Source: Acidobacteriota bacterium
Lineage (GTDB): Bacteria; Acidobacteriota; UBA890; WLXD01
Reading direction: 5' to 3'
NCBI GenBank assembly: GCA_963666055.2
Contig: CAXWPH010000012.1
Location: 192,001-256,000, forward strand
Length of the DNA: 64,000 nucleotides
Shown here: one piece after another, positions 61,816-64,000 of the stretch
How positions within the stretch are numbered: the first letter of the stretch is position 1
How the letters are laid out: every line of letters starts with the position of its first letter
Translations under genes and position numbers: made by a program
The notes under the pieces: generated by a model
The model's input: the letters and a program-made list of their open reading frames with translations, nothing else
The model's database searches: none
Told to the model about the DNA's origin: nothing

Positions 61816-63795
61816 GTGAACAGGCTTGTGATCGGCATCGATACCGGCGGCACCTTCACGGACTTTGTCCTCATGAAGGACGGCAAGGTCCGCGTCCACA
61901 AAGAGCCTTCCACACCCGATAATCCAGCCGCTGCGATCCTCAGCGGGCTTCGAGAGATGGGCGTTGACGGCGTCGAGATCGTTCATGGGTCGACGGTGGC
62001 GACGAACGCCTTGCTCGAGCGACGTGGCGCCCGCGTCGCCTTGGTCACGACGGCCGGATTCGAGGACGTACTCGAGATCGGCCGGCAGACGCGCCCGGCG
62101 ATCTATGAGCTGGGCGTGACCAAGCCGGCGCCGCTGGTAGCCGCGGGCGACCGCTTCGGGGTGCGCGAGCGCCTCGACCCACAGGGCGCCATCGTCGAGG
62201 CCGTCGATCCCGACAGCGTCGCCGCGGTCACCGATCGCATCGCTGAGGGCAACTACGATTCCGCGGCGATCTGCCTGTTGCATGCCTACGCCAATCCGGC
62301 ACACGAGCGGGCGGTGCTGAGCGCCCTCGCCGACAGGTTCGCGGGGTTCATCACGGCATCGCACCAGGTCGTTCCGGAGTTCCGCGAGTACGAGCGCACC
62401 AGTACCACCGTCGCCAATGCGTACGTCGGCCCGATCATGCGACGGTACCTCGGACAGCTGGCCGACCAGTTGCCGGGATCGCCGATCCGAATCATGCAGT
62501 CGAACGGTGGCTCGATCTCGCTGCAGTCAGCGCAGCGAGCGGCGATTCAGACGGTGCTGTCGGGACCCGCGGGCGGCGTTGTCGGCGGCGCCGAGATCGG
62601 GCGGCTGGCCGGCTTCCCCAACAGCATTACCTTCGACATGGGGGGCACGAGCACCGATGTCAGCCTCTGCCAGGGTGAGCCCGGCCGCACCGCCGAATCG
62701 AGCATCGGCGGCCTGCCGATCCGCCTCCCGGTGATCGACATCCACACCGTTGGCGCCGGCGGCGGCTCGATCGCCTACCGCGACCCGGGTGGCGCCTTGA
62801 AGGTCGGCCCCCGCAGCGCCGGCGCCCAGCCCGGGCCGATCTGCTACGAACGCGGAGGCACCGCGGTGACGGTCACCGACGCCAACCTGTTCCTCGGTCG
62901 CCTGGCCCCGAACCACTTCCTGGGCGGCGGACAGCAGCTAGCCGAGGAACCCGTTGAGGCGGCGATGGGAAACCTCGCCGCCGAGCTCGGCATGGAGCCC
63001 ATCGAGCTCGCCGAGGGCGTCCTCCGCGTCGCCAATACGACCATGGCCGGGGCGATTCGCGTAATCTCCGTGGAGCGCGGGTTCGATCCGCGAGACTTCA
63101 GCCTGGTGTCGTTCGGTGGGGCCGGCTCGATGCATGCTGCGGCGCTGGCGCGCGACCTCGGCATTCCTCGGGTGATCGTTCCGTTCGCCGCGGGAATCCT
63201 CTCGGCGCTCGGCATGCTCCTCGCTGACATCGTGCGCGACTACTCGCAGACGCTGCTGGTCGCTGCAACAGCACTCCAACCCGAGGTTCTCGAGACAGAG
63301 TTCAGGAAGCTCGAGGCCAGGGCGCTCGAAGACTTCGCGCTCGATGGCCTGGATGCGGCCGACCTGCGCTACGAGCGTAGCGTCGAGCTGCGCTACATCG
63401 GCCAGGGCTACGAGCTCGAGGTGCCGATGCAGGCGGACTTCGAGGCGGCGTTCCATGAGCATCACGAGCAAAGGTATGGATACAGCGATCCCCAGCGACC
63501 GACCGAGGTGGTCAATGTCCGCCTACGTGTCGTGGCACCTACGCAGAAGCCGGCGATGGAGAGCGAGCCCCTGACCGAGTCCGACAGCACCGCGGCCGTT
63601 CTCGGAGAACACGAGATGGTCTTCGACCAGCAGACGCACGCCGCAAGGCTCATCGACCGGGACCAGCTACACCCCGGGAGCACATTCATCGGCCCGGCGC
63701 TGGTCGTCGAATACAGCACGACAACGGTGGTCCCGCCGGATATTCGCTGTCGCATCGACGGCCACCGCAACTTGATCATGGAGATCGCCCCATGA
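61816..63795 (+). CDS. Hydantoinase/oxoprolinase subunit A
   Basis: DTGGTFTD, HGSTVATNALLE, EYER, SGPAGG, DMGGTSTD, GAGGGS, SAGAQPGP. Confidence 0.95.
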   Translation: MNRLVIGIDTGGTFTDFVLMKDGKVRVHKEPSTPDNPAAAILSGLREMGVDGVEIVHGSTVATNALLERRGARVALVTTAGFEDVLEIGRQTRPAIYELGVTKPAPLVAAGDRFGVRERLDPQGAIVEAVDPDSVAAVTDRIAEGNYDSAAICLLHAYANPAHERAVLSALADRFAGFITASHQVVPEFREYERTSTTVANAYVGPIMRRYLGQLADQLPGSPIRIMQSNGGSISLQSAQRAAIQTVLSGPAGGVVGGAEIGRLAGFPNSITFDMGGTSTDVSLCQGEPGRTAESSIGGLPIRLPVIDIHTVGAGGGSIAYRDPGGALKVGPRSAGAQPGPICYERGGTAVTVTDANLFLGRLAPNHFLGGGQQLAEEPVEAAMGNLAAELGMEPIELAEGVLRVANTTMAGAIRVISVERGFDPRDFSLVSFGGAGSMHAAALARDLGIPRVIVPFAAGILSALGMLLADIVRDYSQTLLVAATALQPEVLETEFRKLEARALEDFALDGLDAADLRYERSVELRYIGQGYELEVPMQADFEAAFHEHHEQRYGYSDPQRPTEVVNVRLRVVAPTQKPAMESEPLTESDSTAAVLGEHEMVFDQQTHAARLIDRDQLHPGSTFIGPALVVEYSTTTVVPPDIRCRIDGHRNLIMEIAP

Positions 63796-64000
63796 GCTTG
63801 CGGCCAACGGAAGCAGGCGCGGAATACGACCCCATTCAGCTGGAGGTATTCCGCAACCTCTTCCACTCGACAGCGGAAGAGATGGGCGTGGCCCTGTGCC
63901 GAACGTCTTTCTCCCCCAATATCAAGGAGCGCCGCGACTATTCGTGCGCCATCTTCGACGGTGCCGGGCGCGTAGTTGCGCAGGGCGACCATATGCCTGT
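63792..64000 (+). CDS. Hydantoinase/oxoprolinase subunit B, partial (runs off the window)
   Basis: ATGA overlap with subunit A; DPIQLEVF..AEEMG..RTSFSPNIKERRDYSCAIFD. Confidence 0.92.
   Translation, partial: MSLRPTEAGAEYDPIQLEVFRNLFHSTAEEMGVALCRTSFSPNIKERRDYSCAIFDGAGRVVAQGDHMP

Overview
High-GC bacterial window, gene-dense, about 50 CDS. A VWFA domain of the Acidobacterial type suggests Acidobacteriota, but that is inference only. It is dominated by catabolic and exported hydrolases (amidohydrolases, peptidases, amidase, esterases), amine/osmolyte transport and catabolism genes (BCCT, SSS, MFS, agmatinase, SpdH-like oxidoreductase, non-Pyl MttB, hydantoinase/oxoprolinase) and aspartate-family amino acid biosynthesis (metA-metY, thrA-asd). 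I recognised no rRNA, tRNA, CRISPR array or transposase. Two things stand out. (1) A hidden selenoprotein candidate at 23866-25242: two in-frame ORFs joined by a TGA exactly at the first position of a thioredoxin motif (W-U-A-G-C), followed by a SECIS-like hairpin. The architecture is signal peptide + TlpA-like Trx(UxxC) + TPR-like + DsbD-alpha-like domain. (2) A family of ~277-bp non-autonomous elements (two full-length copies, one deleted copy and one isolated end) with 33-34 bp TIRs, TA duplication at YTAG and two internal, mutually inverted copies of a conserved hairpin motif; all four lie in divergent promoter regions. There are also three small-indel frameshifts, two internally deleted genes and two gene remnants, i.e. 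gene decay and/or sequencing error. All product calls come from motif recognition by eye, not database searches.
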